Source: Chloroflexota bacterium (GTDB lineage: Bacteria > Chloroflexota > Dehalococcoidia > Lucifugimonadales > UBA3495). Taken from it: a stretch of 64,000 bases of DNA. The notes under the pieces are model-generated. The model searched no databases, was not told the origin of the DNA, and saw only the letters and a list, made by a program, of their open reading frames with translations. The stretch spans positions 1,746 to 65,745 of the forward strand of contig JAPPGG010000023.1 of NCBI GenBank assembly GCA_028875055.1. Reading direction: 5' to 3'. Positions 11,092-20,344 of this stretch are shown here, in pieces. The first letter of the stretch is position 1; each line of letters starts with the position of its first letter. The translations under genes and the position numbers were made by a program.

Positions 11092-11142
11092 GAACCTCCT
11101 CCAGCGCCCGTTTCCCCGCCGGCGCAGCCTTGCGGACGCTCC

Positions 11143-11239
11143 TCCTGGTGGCCCACAGCAGGTAGGGGCGGGTTTCAAACCCGCCCTGTCCGCATCCCGA
11201 CCCTTCTGCCGGTGCAATACCACCTGAAGTGAAACGCAA
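11143..11239. repeat. MITE/REP family D (GTAGGGGCGGGTTTCAAACCCGCCC core; right end CCACCTGAAGTGAAACGC)
   Basis: Homologous to 20505..20555 and 23620..23718. Confidence 0.75.
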
Positions 11240-11453
11240 TCTTGCTGCCCGGCCGCTCAAAGCAGTTTAGCCGCTGGCCCTGCGTGAAGCTGAAGCGACC
11301 TTCCCGAAGCACTCGGCATTGACCTCTGGCGCCTTCCCCCACGGCCGCAAAACGTGAGATTGAGTTCACAACAGGTTGACCCACGGCCCTTGTATTGCTA
11401 GGCTTGAAGTATCCGGTATTGCTTCAACCCCATCACATTTGGAGGAATCTCTC

Positions 11454-11690
11454 ATGGCGACCACCGAGGAAAGAATCAGGAAACTGGTAGATGATAACCT
11501 GGAAATCGAAGGGCGGACGGCCGGCACTCCGTTGCACCCGGAATACAGCTTGAGGGACTCGGGTGTTTCGTCCGTAGCCTTCGTGGCCTTTGCCAAGCTG
11601 GTGGCCGATGAGTTTGGCGTCACCTTCTCCCCGGAAGACTGCGCCAAGTACAACACTGTTGGCGAGCTGATAACCCGCCTGGAGGGTTAA
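11454..11690 (+). CDS. Acyl carrier protein (free-standing; SupB-like)
   Basis: 78 aa acidic helical protein with L.DSGVSSV motif (Ser at the phosphopantetheine position), EFGV.F, TVGEL; GGAGG RBS. Confidence 0.85.
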   Translation: MATTEERIRKLVDDNLEIEGRTAGTPLHPEYSLRDSGVSSVAFVAFAKLVADEFGVTFSPEDCAKYNTVGELITRLEG

Positions 11691-11744
11691 GCCTGCCTGG
11701 TCCGCAGGTCCTTTCGCAGCTTCCCGAGGGACTTCCCCAGGGGT

Positions 11745-12503
11745 ATGGCGTTGAGAGCCCGGTCAGCGAGTAATACTGGCCCTGGAGCTGACGACGCTCA
11801 CCTTTGGTGGAGTCCTTTTTGCGTGGCCGGCGAGGTTGCCGTCACCCACGTGGACCTGGCTCCCCATCCCGCGCGGGAAGCATCGGCCCTGGCCTGGCTG
11901 GACGAGGTCGAGCTGGCCCGGCGGGAAAGGTACCACTCCGGGCCCCGCCGCTGCTTCGTCCTTTGCCGCGCTGCCCTGCGCTCCCTCCTCTGCGCAGAAC
12001 TGGGGTGCCGAAACCAGCAACTCAGGTTCCAGGAATCCGAATACGGCAAGCCCTTTGCGCTGGTTGACGGCCAACCCGCTTCCATAGGCTTCAACGTAAG
12101 CCACAGCGGCAGCCACGGTCTCATCGCCTGTGCGCCCCGCGGACGTCTGGGTATTGATGTTGAGGAAATAGCGCCGCCCCGCCACCTGGAATCCCTCATT
12201 GAGGCCGTTATGGGCCCCCAGGAGCAGGCCGAGTTGAGCCGCATGTCCGGGGATGCCCAGCTCCGCCAGTTCTTTCGCCTGTGGACCTGCAAGGAGGCGT
12301 TGATCAAGGCCCTGGGGACCGGCTTCTCCACCGACATCTCCAGGTTCCAGGTTCCGGCCGGTCTCCGCCAGGGGGCCAGCTCCGGCGTCTTCCGGTTCGA
12401 GCAAATGCCCGGCGTGGCGTGGCAGTTGGACGATATCGGCAGCGCGGAGTTCGCGGCCGCCCTGGCACGGGAATTGCTTCCTGCGGAATCTGGGTTATCA
12501 TAA
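11745..12503 (+). CDS. 4'-phosphopantetheinyl transferase (Sfp-type)
   Basis: YGKP, FNVSHS, LGIDVE, FFRLWTCKEALIKALGTG. Start codon uncertain. Confidence 0.93.
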   Translation: MALRARSASNTGPGADDAHLWWSPFCVAGEVAVTHVDLAPHPAREASALAWLDEVELARRERYHSGPRRCFVLCRAALRSLLCAELGCRNQQLRFQESEYGKPFALVDGQPASIGFNVSHSGSHGLIACAPRGRLGIDVEEIAPPRHLESLIEAVMGPQEQAELSRMSGDAQLRQFFRLWTCKEALIKALGTGFSTDISRFQVPAGLRQGASSGVFRFEQMPGVAWQLDDIGSAEFAAALARELLPAESGLS

Positions 12504-12548
12504 GCGGAGACTCGGCAGCCTGGACCAGCGACCCCAAAGGTACCATGC

Positions 12549-13460
12549 GTGTTTGAACATCCCGACTTCCAGTGGCAATTGCCCGAACCCCTTTCCGTTC
12601 TCGAAGTGGCGGTGGACGCCGAGACTGTCATCCTGGTGCGCCGCCACGGCAACCCGGGTGGCCCCCGGCTGGTGCTGAGCCACGGTAACGGGATGGCCAT
12701 CGACCTCTACTACCCCTTCTGGTCCATACTCTCCGATACCTTTGACCTGGTGATGTACGACCTTCGCAACCACGGGTGGAACAAGGTCAGCTCACTGGAT
12801 GGACACAACATCCCCACCCTGGTCTCCGACCACGACCTGGTCCTGGAGGCCATCGAACAGGAATGGGGACGGAAGCCGCAGGCCGGCGTGTTTCACTCGG
12901 TCTCGGCCCTCATTACCCTGCTCTCTCCCACCCAGGGAGACCGCTACTCGGCCCTGGTCCTTTTCGACCCTCCCATCTGCAAGCCCGGTCGCAGCCACCG
13001 GGAGTTTGAGGCCGCTGCCGTACAGGCCGCCGGCTTCGCCCTTCGGCGCACCGACAAGTTTCGCCATAGGGAAGAGTTTGCCGAAGTCTTGCCCCTCCAT
13101 CCGGCTTTCCGCAGAATGGTGCCCGGCGCCTTCGACCTGATGGCCCTCACCACCCTTCGTCCCAGCGATGGCGAAGAGGGATTCGAGCTTCGCTGCCCCA
13201 GGGACTACGAGGCCCAGATCTTCAGTTATGCCAGCGTTTACGGGGTGGCCGTGGACTTCGAGTCCCTAGTCTGCCCGGTGAAGGTAATCGGCGCCGACCC
13301 GACGCTGCCCTTCTCCTACCTGCCCACCCTGGATTTGAGCGACATTCTCAGCGTGGACTACGACTTCCTCCCCGAGGCCACCCACTTCCTCCAGCTGGAA
13401 AGGCCCCAGGAGTGCGCTGCCGCCCTGAGGGACTACCTGGCAAGCCTCGCAATCTCCTGA
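12549..13460 (+). CDS. Alpha/beta hydrolase (possible thioesterase/acyltransferase)
   Basis: HGNG oxyanion motif, YDLRNHG, non-canonical nucleophile elbow FHSVSA, C-terminal THFLQLE His. Confidence 0.85.
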   Translation: MFEHPDFQWQLPEPLSVLEVAVDAETVILVRRHGNPGGPRLVLSHGNGMAIDLYYPFWSILSDTFDLVMYDLRNHGWNKVSSLDGHNIPTLVSDHDLVLEAIEQEWGRKPQAGVFHSVSALITLLSPTQGDRYSALVLFDPPICKPGRSHREFEAAAVQAAGFALRRTDKFRHREEFAEVLPLHPAFRRMVPGAFDLMALTTLRPSDGEEGFELRCPRDYEAQIFSYASVYGVAVDFESLVCPVKVIGADPTLPFSYLPTLDLSDILSVDYDFLPEATHFLQLERPQECAAALRDYLASLAIS

Positions 13461-13724
13461 AATTGCCCCGAACTTGAGCGCGTCCCCAGCAGGGAAAAGG
13501 GAGTTCGGCTGGCCCCGTCCCTTCACCGCCCGCTTTAATTCCGGTGTGAGGCCCTGCAACGGACCGTACCGTCGGGCTTGTTCAATATTGTTTTGGGTTC
13601 TATAAGCCAGGCCCCTTTGCGTATAAAGTCCTGGGACAAAGGGGGGATAATCCCTGCGGCGTCCCGGGCAATTGACGCGTCGTGATGTTGATAGTACAGA
13701 GCCGCTCACTGTCCGCATCGACAG

Positions 13725-15338
13725 CTACAACTCCGACGGCGCTGGCGCGGCCAGCGCTTCCCCCTCGTTCCAACCCGGCCCATTTACCTGGTCGAACGTT
13801 TCCACGACTTCAACCGGCGGCGGCGCGGTCAGCCGGGTGACTATGTAGGCGGCAACGATGGAGGCGACGAAACCGGGTACTCCGGGGTTGATGTTCCAGA
13901 CACCCAGGGCTTCCATGTGTTCGACTGTCGCGTGGAAGCCCAGCAGGTCCGCCACGGTGGAGTACCGTTCGTAACCCAGGCCAGCCAGCCACCACCAGGT
14001 GGAAACGATAGTACCGGTAGCCACCGCCGCCAATGCGCCCCAGCGGTTGAAGCGGCGCCAATACAGCGCGAGGATCAGGGCGGGACCAAAGGCGGCCCCC
14101 ATTCCACCCCACGCCAGGGACACCAGGGCGAAAACCGACTCCGGGGAAACTATGGAGATAGCAGCCGCGATAATGCCTACCAATACCAGCATGGCCCTGC
14201 CCATCCAGACCCGAGCCTGAGTCCGCATCGAATAGGTAATTCTCTGGATAACAGGCAGGTCGTCGGTGGCGATGGCGGAGGCCAACAACAGTTGGGAGTC
14301 GGCGGTGCTCATGACGGCGGCGATGACCGCGGTGAGCAGCAGGCCGGCCACTACCGGATGGAAAAAGGTCTCAGCCACTATGAGGTAAAGCTTCTCGGCG
14401 TCGGGCAATACGATTCCCCGGTCCAGCAGGGCCGGGGCGGCGACCAGGCCCATCAGCAGGGCGAACAGGAAAATCAGCACTACCCAGGCTGCGCCTACAT
14501 TCCTGCTGCGAAGGATGTCGCTTTCGCGCTGGACGGCCATGAAACGGGAAATAATGCGATGCGCCCCGAAGGCGCCCAGGCCCCAGCCAACGGAAGAAAG
14601 GAAGAACAGGACCCCGAGCTGGGAGTTTTCCTTGTCGGTGAAGGGATTCCAGAAGCCGGGAGCGGTGGACTCCAGGCCCTGGAAGGGGTTGCTCACCGTC
14701 AGGATCAAAGTGACTGGAATGATGATGAAGCCCGCCAGCATTATCAGGGACTGAAAGACGTCCGTGCGGGAAACGGCCAGGAAGCCGCCGATAAAGGTAT
14801 AGGAGACCACGGCAATCAGGGAAATAATGACCCCAATATTGTGGCCTTGTCCCATGTCGTCCAGGCCAAACACAACCTCCAGCAGCTTGGCGCCTGCGAT
14901 GAGGCCGGAACAGACGTAAAGCGTGATGAAGTAGATGCCAATCAGGCCCGAAAGTGTGCGAAGGGCGCCGCTGGTATCGCCAAAACGCTTTTCCAGGAAC
15001 TCGGGAAGGGTCAAGGAATTCTCCGCCGCCATGGAATAGCGACGGATTCGCCGTGCCAGCACGGTCCAGGCGAACCAGTGGCCCAAAATTATGGAAGCGA
15101 CGGTCCACAGGTGCATCATGCCTGCGGCAAAGGCCAGGCCAGGCAAGACCAGCATGGTCCAGCCGCTGGCCGCGGATGATGCCGCGCTCAGGGCCGAGGT
15201 GAAAAACCCCATCTTGCGGCCCCCCAGCACGTAGTCGGACATATCGTCCATGTGCCGGGACCGGACGACGGCAATACTGATCAGCACAGCGAAGTAGGCG
15301 ATGAAAACACAGAGTATCCAGATGGCGTTGGCGGGCAT
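13725..15338 (-). CDS. putP: Sodium/proline symporter (SSS family, PutP-like)
   Basis: DYVLGGR, ALSAA.S..SGW, TLPEFLEKRF, YTFIGGFLAVS.TDVFQ, AAVMSTADSQLL. Confidence 0.85.
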   Translation of the reverse strand: MPANAIWILCVFIAYFAVLISIAVVRSRHMDDMSDYVLGGRKMGFFTSALSAASSAASGWTMLVLPGLAFAAGMMHLWTVASIILGHWFAWTVLARRIRRYSMAAENSLTLPEFLEKRFGDTSGALRTLSGLIGIYFITLYVCSGLIAGAKLLEVVFGLDDMGQGHNIGVIISLIAVVSYTFIGGFLAVSRTDVFQSLIMLAGFIIIPVTLILTVSNPFQGLESTAPGFWNPFTDKENSQLGVLFFLSSVGWGLGAFGAHRIISRFMAVQRESDILRSRNVGAAWVVLIFLFALLMGLVAAPALLDRGIVLPDAEKLYLIVAETFFHPVVAGLLLTAVIAAVMSTADSQLLLASAIATDDLPVIQRITYSMRTQARVWMGRAMLVLVGIIAAAISIVSPESVFALVSLAWGGMGAAFGPALILALYWRRFNRWGALAAVATGTIVSTWWWLAGLGYERYSTVADLLGFHATVEHMEALGVWNINPGVPGFVASIVAAYIVTRLTAPPPVEVVETFDQVNGPGWNEGEALAAPAPSEL

Positions 15339-15940
15339 CGTTGGTAACCTCGGTAAATTCGACCATCGGCAAGGGCCGGGTGGCCTTTCAGGCGGAAGAG
15401 GACAAGTTCTTGAAACAGAATTCAAGCTAGTGCATCGATGTCAGGAGCCTTCCTCCTGATACTACAGTAGCAGATTTGCAGAAGTTGTTTGTAGTGGCAT
15501 TGTTTGGCTATGGCTTGATGGCGCCGTCTCCGCCATGACCAGTAGAGGGTGAAATCTGGCGGTGGGCTTTCCCGCCATACCAGTCGGGCGCGCAACCGCC
15601 GCGCCTCTGGAATCGTCACGGGAATCAGTTCCTCATTGGGGCCGTGGCAGCCCCGCTTCTCCCGGTTCCAGAGCCCGTTGCCTTACTGCCGCCAGGTAGG
15701 CGTGGGGTCAGAACGGCCAGAGCCTGCCCCGCGCCCCGAAAGGGGGGTGATGTGCCGGTGCCAGCCGTCCCAGCGCCGTGCTCCAGTCGCTGGTCCATTC
15801 ATACTCGGCCTGCATCTCATGGACATATTCAAAGCAGGTATCGTAGTGAATGTGTACTTCCCTGGTTCTGTGGTTCACCTTGAGGACGCAGCCCTTTAGT
15901 TGGCTCTACCGTAGAACGGCCTTAAGGGGTTTTACTCTCT

Positions 15941-16150
15941 TCACGCTGGCCACCAACAGCGGCGACAGGGTACCGGCAAAAACCCCGCGCTCAGCGCTGC
16001 GTCCCAGGCCTCACCAAGGGTATCGAAAGGACCTAACTGGTTTGGATCTTGCCTGTTTGCGGCAGACAGAGAACACGGGGGATTATCAGCTTGGTGAACC
16101 CGGGCAACCTGGTCGGAGCGGTCAAGATAGACATTAAACTTAGCCGACAT
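15941..16150 (-). CDS. Small hypothetical protein, possible Zn-binding (H..C ... CxxC)
   Basis: 69 aa: VHQADNPPC ... GPFDTLGEAWDAALSAGFLPVPCRRC. Confidence 0.55.
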   Translation of the reverse strand: MSAKFNVYLDRSDQVARVHQADNPPCSLSAANRQDPNQLGPFDTLGEAWDAALSAGFLPVPCRRCWWPA

Positions 16151-16365
16151 TGGTCATCTTCATCCATCCAGGAATCGCCCCATGTTCGGACTCTCAATTT
16201 CCTGTCAGCGGGGACTGGTTGGCGGTTCGTCTCACAATTCGCCTTAGCCTACGCAATATCCTGGCCCACACCGCGGGCTTGGGTGTCCTGCGCCGATTCC
16301 TGGGTCGTTTTCTCGGAGCAACCGCGCCGTGGTAAGGCACGGAATCACGAAATATCTTGTGGCTT

Positions 16366-16830
16366 CTACCAGGCATTCAACGTCTTCTCACCAGGGAAAA
16401 GTATGTTAGCTATCTGCAGCACGATTCCGCCCCGGACCAGGGCATTTAGCCTGGCGAACAACTTCGGGTCCCGGTATCGAAGAATTTCTGCATGCATTCC
16501 CGAAGATATAAGGTCGCGATGAGAACCAAAGCAGTGGCAAGAGATCTGGCCACGAAGTTGCGAGAAGAGGAAAACCGGAGGATGGCAAGGGTCGCGGCCA
16601 CTACCAGGCCGGCAAGCAGAGTATAGACATAGCTCGGATTCACACCAAACTTCCCCGCAAACCAGCGCGCCTGATGCCCGGACCTTGAACGTGCCTCTCC
16701 TGCGGGCCCATTTTGCGCAGGACATGACGAAAGCAATCCAGTTCCTGATTATTCCCCTGCCTCCACAGTCGCTACAAGCTCTTGGACGAACCGTTGGTGA
16801 AGTCTGACTGGAAGCGGCCACAGCACTACC
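16366..16830 (-). pseudogene. Probable frameshifted membrane-protein gene with a degenerate CxxCxGxG zinc motif
   Basis: GGAGG RBS, then GTG...CSDCGGRG...CAKWARRRG. Two hydrophobic helices (YTLLAGLVVAATLAIL; SLATALVLIATLYL) lie in a different frame. Confidence 0.3.
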
Positions 16831-16877
16831 TCCATCTACAGACGACCACCCGGAAAATTCGTTGGGTTCCGTGTCTG

Positions 16878-17000
16878 TCAAGGAATAGGCCAACCTGTCC
16901 CTGTCCGCATTGTTCCAGCCCACCACAGCGCCAGGAGAGCCAGGAGTATGGCGGCGCCGGCTAGCATCAGGGCCCTACGTTCAAACGGGCTGATTTGCAT
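16878..17000 (-). CDS. 40-aa single-TM small protein
   Basis: GAGGTGG RBS, then MQISPFERRALMLAGAAILLALLALWWAGTMRTGTGWPIP*; below the ORF-track size cut-off. Confidence 0.5.
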   Translation of the reverse strand: MQISPFERRALMLAGAAILLALLALWWAGTMRTGTGWPIP

Positions 17001-17033
17001 CCACCACCACCTCAAGCGCTGCCAAGAGCCCGT

Positions 17034-17318
17034 TTAGCCTTGATCAGGGCGACTTCCCACCACGTCGAAGATATAGACAGTTTCGGGCTTTCCCCGTACG
17101 CCAATGCGGTGAACCAGGGTAACGCCCGCTTCCTCTTCGAACCATTGGCTTTCGAGAATTCGGCAGATTGTGGGTGTGCTGTCCATCTCATCCCAGCCGA
17201 ACTGTTCAGCAAGGTCTCTTGCCTTAAGGAATACCTGGCCCAGACCCCGGTCACGGGCGAGGTCCATGGAATTCAATAAGGACTCAAGTACTACCTCAGA
17301 AACGCTTGTGTCTTGCAT
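17034..17318 (-). CDS. Small hypothetical protein, possible winged helix-turn-helix
   Basis: GGAGGGAG RBS; 94 aa with LKARDLAEQFGW...TICRILE helix-turn-helix-like pattern followed by a beta-hairpin. Confidence 0.55.
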   Translation of the reverse strand: MQDTSVSEVVLESLLNSMDLARDRGLGQVFLKARDLAEQFGWDEMDSTPTICRILESQWFEEEAGVTLVHRIGVRGKPETVYIFDVVGSRPDQG

Positions 17319-17566
17319 TTGCCATTCTCCCTCCGTGAGCATCAACCATTCAGTGCAGCAAATTGATACAGACCCAACAGGATTAACAGCACTCCCCATA
17401 CGGTTGTCCATACGCGAAGACGTCTGCCCTGCCACGAGACGGGGTTAGGCTTGAAGCAGGAGCGCGCCTTGCCATGCCGGACGTTATAGGGCATAGCGAC
17501 CCGCTGTATCCATGGCATCTTCCATGGTTTTCCTGGGATATACGCCAGCCCATTTTAAAATATGGT

Positions 17567-17604
17567 TGTAAGTGTTTTGTTACATTAGTGACCAAACCTA
17601 TAAT
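17567..17604 (+). promoter_or_regulatory. Putative promoter with overlapping palindrome for the hybrid kinase gene
   Basis: TGTAA-N8-TTACA (17567..17584) overlapping TTGTTA-N16-TATAAT in an AT-rich intergenic region. Confidence 0.4.
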
Positions 17605-17680
17605 TAGTTGTAACATTACCTTGATGCATCCATAATCTACCTGCAAACTTGGGCAGAAGCTGTTTTAAGGAACAATAAAC

Positions 17681-20056
17681 ATGCATGCGAGAGAAGATCC
17701 GAAGCAGGATATCGAAAACCTGCGGAAAAGGCTTTCAAGGTTGGCGGAGGCCAGCATCCGCATAAACGAAAGTTTGGACTTTGACACTGTATTGCAGGGG
17801 GTTCTTGACTCTGCGTGTTCCTTGACGGGAGCCCAATACGGCGTCCTCACCCTGATGGATGAGTCGGGCAACCTTCGGGACCTGCTATTCTCGGGTATGA
17901 CCGAGCAACAGGGTCAACAAGTTCAGGACATACCGGATGGAAGGCGACTGTTTGAACATTTAAGTAGTTTCCTGGAGCCGCTGCGGGTTCCCGACTTGCT
18001 GGGGCATATCAAGTCTCTGGGCCTGCGGGATCTTCAACTTCCGATTCCAGTTGGGCCGGAAGTGCCCTTTATGGCGACTCCTGTGCTACACAACGGGGAA
18101 CGCGTGGGTATCTTCTTCCTCGCCAATATTGCTCCAGAGGATGAGTTCAGCCAGGAAGACGAGGAAACCCTGATAATGTTTGCAGCCCAGGCTGCGTTGG
18201 TGGTATCCAACGCCCGCAGGTTCCGCGAAGAACAGAGGGCTAGAACCGATCTGCATACTCTCATCGAGACATCACCCATTGGTGTGGTGGTGATTGACGC
18301 CAAGACGGGCGCCCCGGTGTCATTCAACCAGGAGGCACGGAGGATTGTTGACGAGCTCAGGCAGCCGGACCAGGCGCCTGAGGAACTTCTGAACGTGATT
18401 ACGGTACGGAGAGGGGACGGAAGGGAATACTCCCTTCAGGAATTTCCTTTGTCCCGGTTGCTTGGCGAAGGAGAGACAATTCGGGCGGAGGAGATTTCCA
18501 TGCGGGTTCCCGAAGGGCGCAGCATCACTGTCCTGGTAAATGCTACTCCTATTCGTACAGATCCAGGGGAGGTTGGATCAGTCGTAATTACCCTTCAGGA
18601 CATGTCGCCCCTAGAGGAACTGGAGAGCTTGAGGGCTGAGTTGCTGGCCATAGTCAGCCATGAGCTTCGCACCCCTCTAACGTCCGTCAAGGGTTCCATA
18701 ACAACCTTACTCGATGCTTCAGCATCCTTGAATCCGGCAGAGGTGGCCCAGTTCTACCGAATCATCGACACCCAGGCCGACCGGATGCGCACAATGATTA
18801 GCGACCTGCTGGATGTGGCCCGCATCGGCATGGGCACGCTCTCTATTTCCCCTGAACCAACCGATATATGGATGCTGATTGAGGATGCCCGGACCGCCTT
18901 CCTGAGTGGACAAAGGAGACAGAGGCTGGAAATAGACGTTTCGCCGGGCATCCCTTTCGTTATGGCTGACCGGCTGCGTATTGTACAGGTATTGACCAAC
19001 CTGCTTTCCAACGCGGCCAGGCATTCGGAGGAATCCTCGCCCATCAAACTGGCTGTAAACTCGGAAGGCGTCCAGGTCGTGGTTTGCGTGGCAGACGAAG
19101 GCAGGGGGGTGCTTCCGGAGCGGTTGCCCCATTTGTTCCGAAAATTTACCTGGGCGGACGAATCCGAACGGGCGGGCAATGAAAGTACCGGCTTGGGTCT
19201 GGCAATCTGCAAGGGGATTGTCGAGGCTCATGGTGGCCGCATTTGGGCCGAGAGTGACGGTCTGGGCCAGGGGGCCAGGTTCACGTTCACCTTGCCCGTG
19301 GCAGGGGGGTCGGAAGCGCCAAGCGCGACCGTTGGTATGGTAGTGGACCGGTTTTCGGAGTCCTCGACACTGGAGCAAGTGCGAGTGCTGGTAGTTGATG
19401 ATGATCCCCAGGTCCTGAGACATGTCCGCGAAACATTGGTGCGTGCCGGTTGCGCTGCGATCGTTACGGGGGACCCGCAAGAAGTCATTCCTTTAGTTGA
19501 AAGGGAGGAACCTCATCTTGTCCTGCTAGACCTCGCTCTTCCAGGCACCGACGGTATTGCCTTGATGTCAGAAATAGCCGAGGTGTCTGATATTCCTGTT
19601 ATCTTCCTGTCCGCATACGGCAGAGAGGAAAACATCTCCCGGGCCCTGGACCTGGGCGCTGCGGATTACATAGTAAAGCCATTCTCCTCGATGGAGCTTG
19701 CAGCCAGGGTCAGGGCCGCTCTGCGTCAGCGAGCATTTGCCGAATCATTGGCTCCGTTTGTGTTGGGCGATTTGACCATTGACTTCACTAACCGACAGGT
19801 AACACTGTCTGGTCAACCAGTCCAGCTTACCGCCATTGAGTATCGGACACTGGCCGAACTGGCGGCCAATGCCGGACGTGTCCTGGCATACGAACATCTG
19901 CTCGGTCAAGTGTGGAATGAACCGGATGGGGGCGACTTTCGCCCAATGCGTACAGTAGTAAGCAGAATCCGGCACAAGTTGGGAGACGACCCGGATAGTC
20001 CGACCTATATATTCACCGAACCGAGGGTAGGTTACCGCATGGCTCGGGGCGGCTAG
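17681..20056 (+). CDS. Cytoplasmic hybrid histidine kinase/response regulator: GAF-PAS-HisKA-HATPase-REC-OmpR/PhoB wHTH
   Basis: H-box SHELRTPL, N-box LTNLLSNA, DEGRG, GLGLAIC..IVEAHGG; receiver VDDD/LLDL/KPF; KdpE-like tail LGDDPDSPTYIFTEPRVGYR. Confidence 0.93.
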   Translation: MHAREDPKQDIENLRKRLSRLAEASIRINESLDFDTVLQGVLDSACSLTGAQYGVLTLMDESGNLRDLLFSGMTEQQGQQVQDIPDGRRLFEHLSSFLEPLRVPDLLGHIKSLGLRDLQLPIPVGPEVPFMATPVLHNGERVGIFFLANIAPEDEFSQEDEETLIMFAAQAALVVSNARRFREEQRARTDLHTLIETSPIGVVVIDAKTGAPVSFNQEARRIVDELRQPDQAPEELLNVITVRRGDGREYSLQEFPLSRLLGEGETIRAEEISMRVPEGRSITVLVNATPIRTDPGEVGSVVITLQDMSPLEELESLRAELLAIVSHELRTPLTSVKGSITTLLDASASLNPAEVAQFYRIIDTQADRMRTMISDLLDVARIGMGTLSISPEPTDIWMLIEDARTAFLSGQRRQRLEIDVSPGIPFVMADRLRIVQVLTNLLSNAARHSEESSPIKLAVNSEGVQVVVCVADEGRGVLPERLPHLFRKFTWADESERAGNESTGLGLAICKGIVEAHGGRIWAESDGLGQGARFTFTLPVAGGSEAPSATVGMVVDRFSESSTLEQVRVLVVDDDPQVLRHVRETLVRAGCAAIVTGDPQEVIPLVEREEPHLVLLDLALPGTDGIALMSEIAEVSDIPVIFLSAYGREENISRALDLGAADYIVKPFSSMELAARVRAALRQRAFAESLAPFVLGDLTIDFTNRQVTLSGQPVQLTAIEYRTLAELAANAGRVLAYEHLLGQVWNEPDGGDFRPMRTVVSRIRHKLGDDPDSPTYIFTEPRVGYRMARGG

Positions 20057-20118
20057 GCCCTTTGGTCGCAGGCGAGCCTGACCAACAAGGGGCACGGAGG
20101 CAGCGCGACCCGGGCCGC

Positions 20119-20253
20119 CAGGAGAACGGCGCCTCTGCACTGTACACCTGCCACGCCACCGATCCTGAGGGCAGCGACAACGTTTACCAGGTGACGGTGG
20201 AAGCCGGCGACGATGGCGGGAATACTGCCAGTCTGCAGGCAATTGCCACGGTC
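20119..20253 (+). pseudogene. Remnant of a bacterial cadherin-like repeat with an internal deletion
   Basis: QENGASALYTCHATDPEG joined directly to SDNVYQVTVEAGDDGGNTASLQAIATV; no start codon or signal peptide. Confidence 0.5.
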
Positions 20254-20294
20254 CACCCCGTATCCGCCCTTGCCAAAAGGGCGCGGATAGAAAC

Positions 20295-20316
20295 AAAAAA
20301 CCCGCCCAAAGGCGGG
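20295..20316 (-). terminator. Rho-independent terminator downstream of tRNA-Ser
   Basis: Minus strand CCCGCC-TTTG-GGCGGG-TTTTTT. Confidence 0.8.
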
Positions 20317-20344
20317 AATATTGAGATCAGGGGAATTAATACTG

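Noticed and set aside
15528-15566. Possible attR for a tRNA-Ser island (CTCCGCCA at 15528; TGGCGGTGGG at 15557)
   Set aside because: The first is in the wrong orientation. The second is a 9/10 match that is part of a local hairpin. Neither is significant at this GC content.
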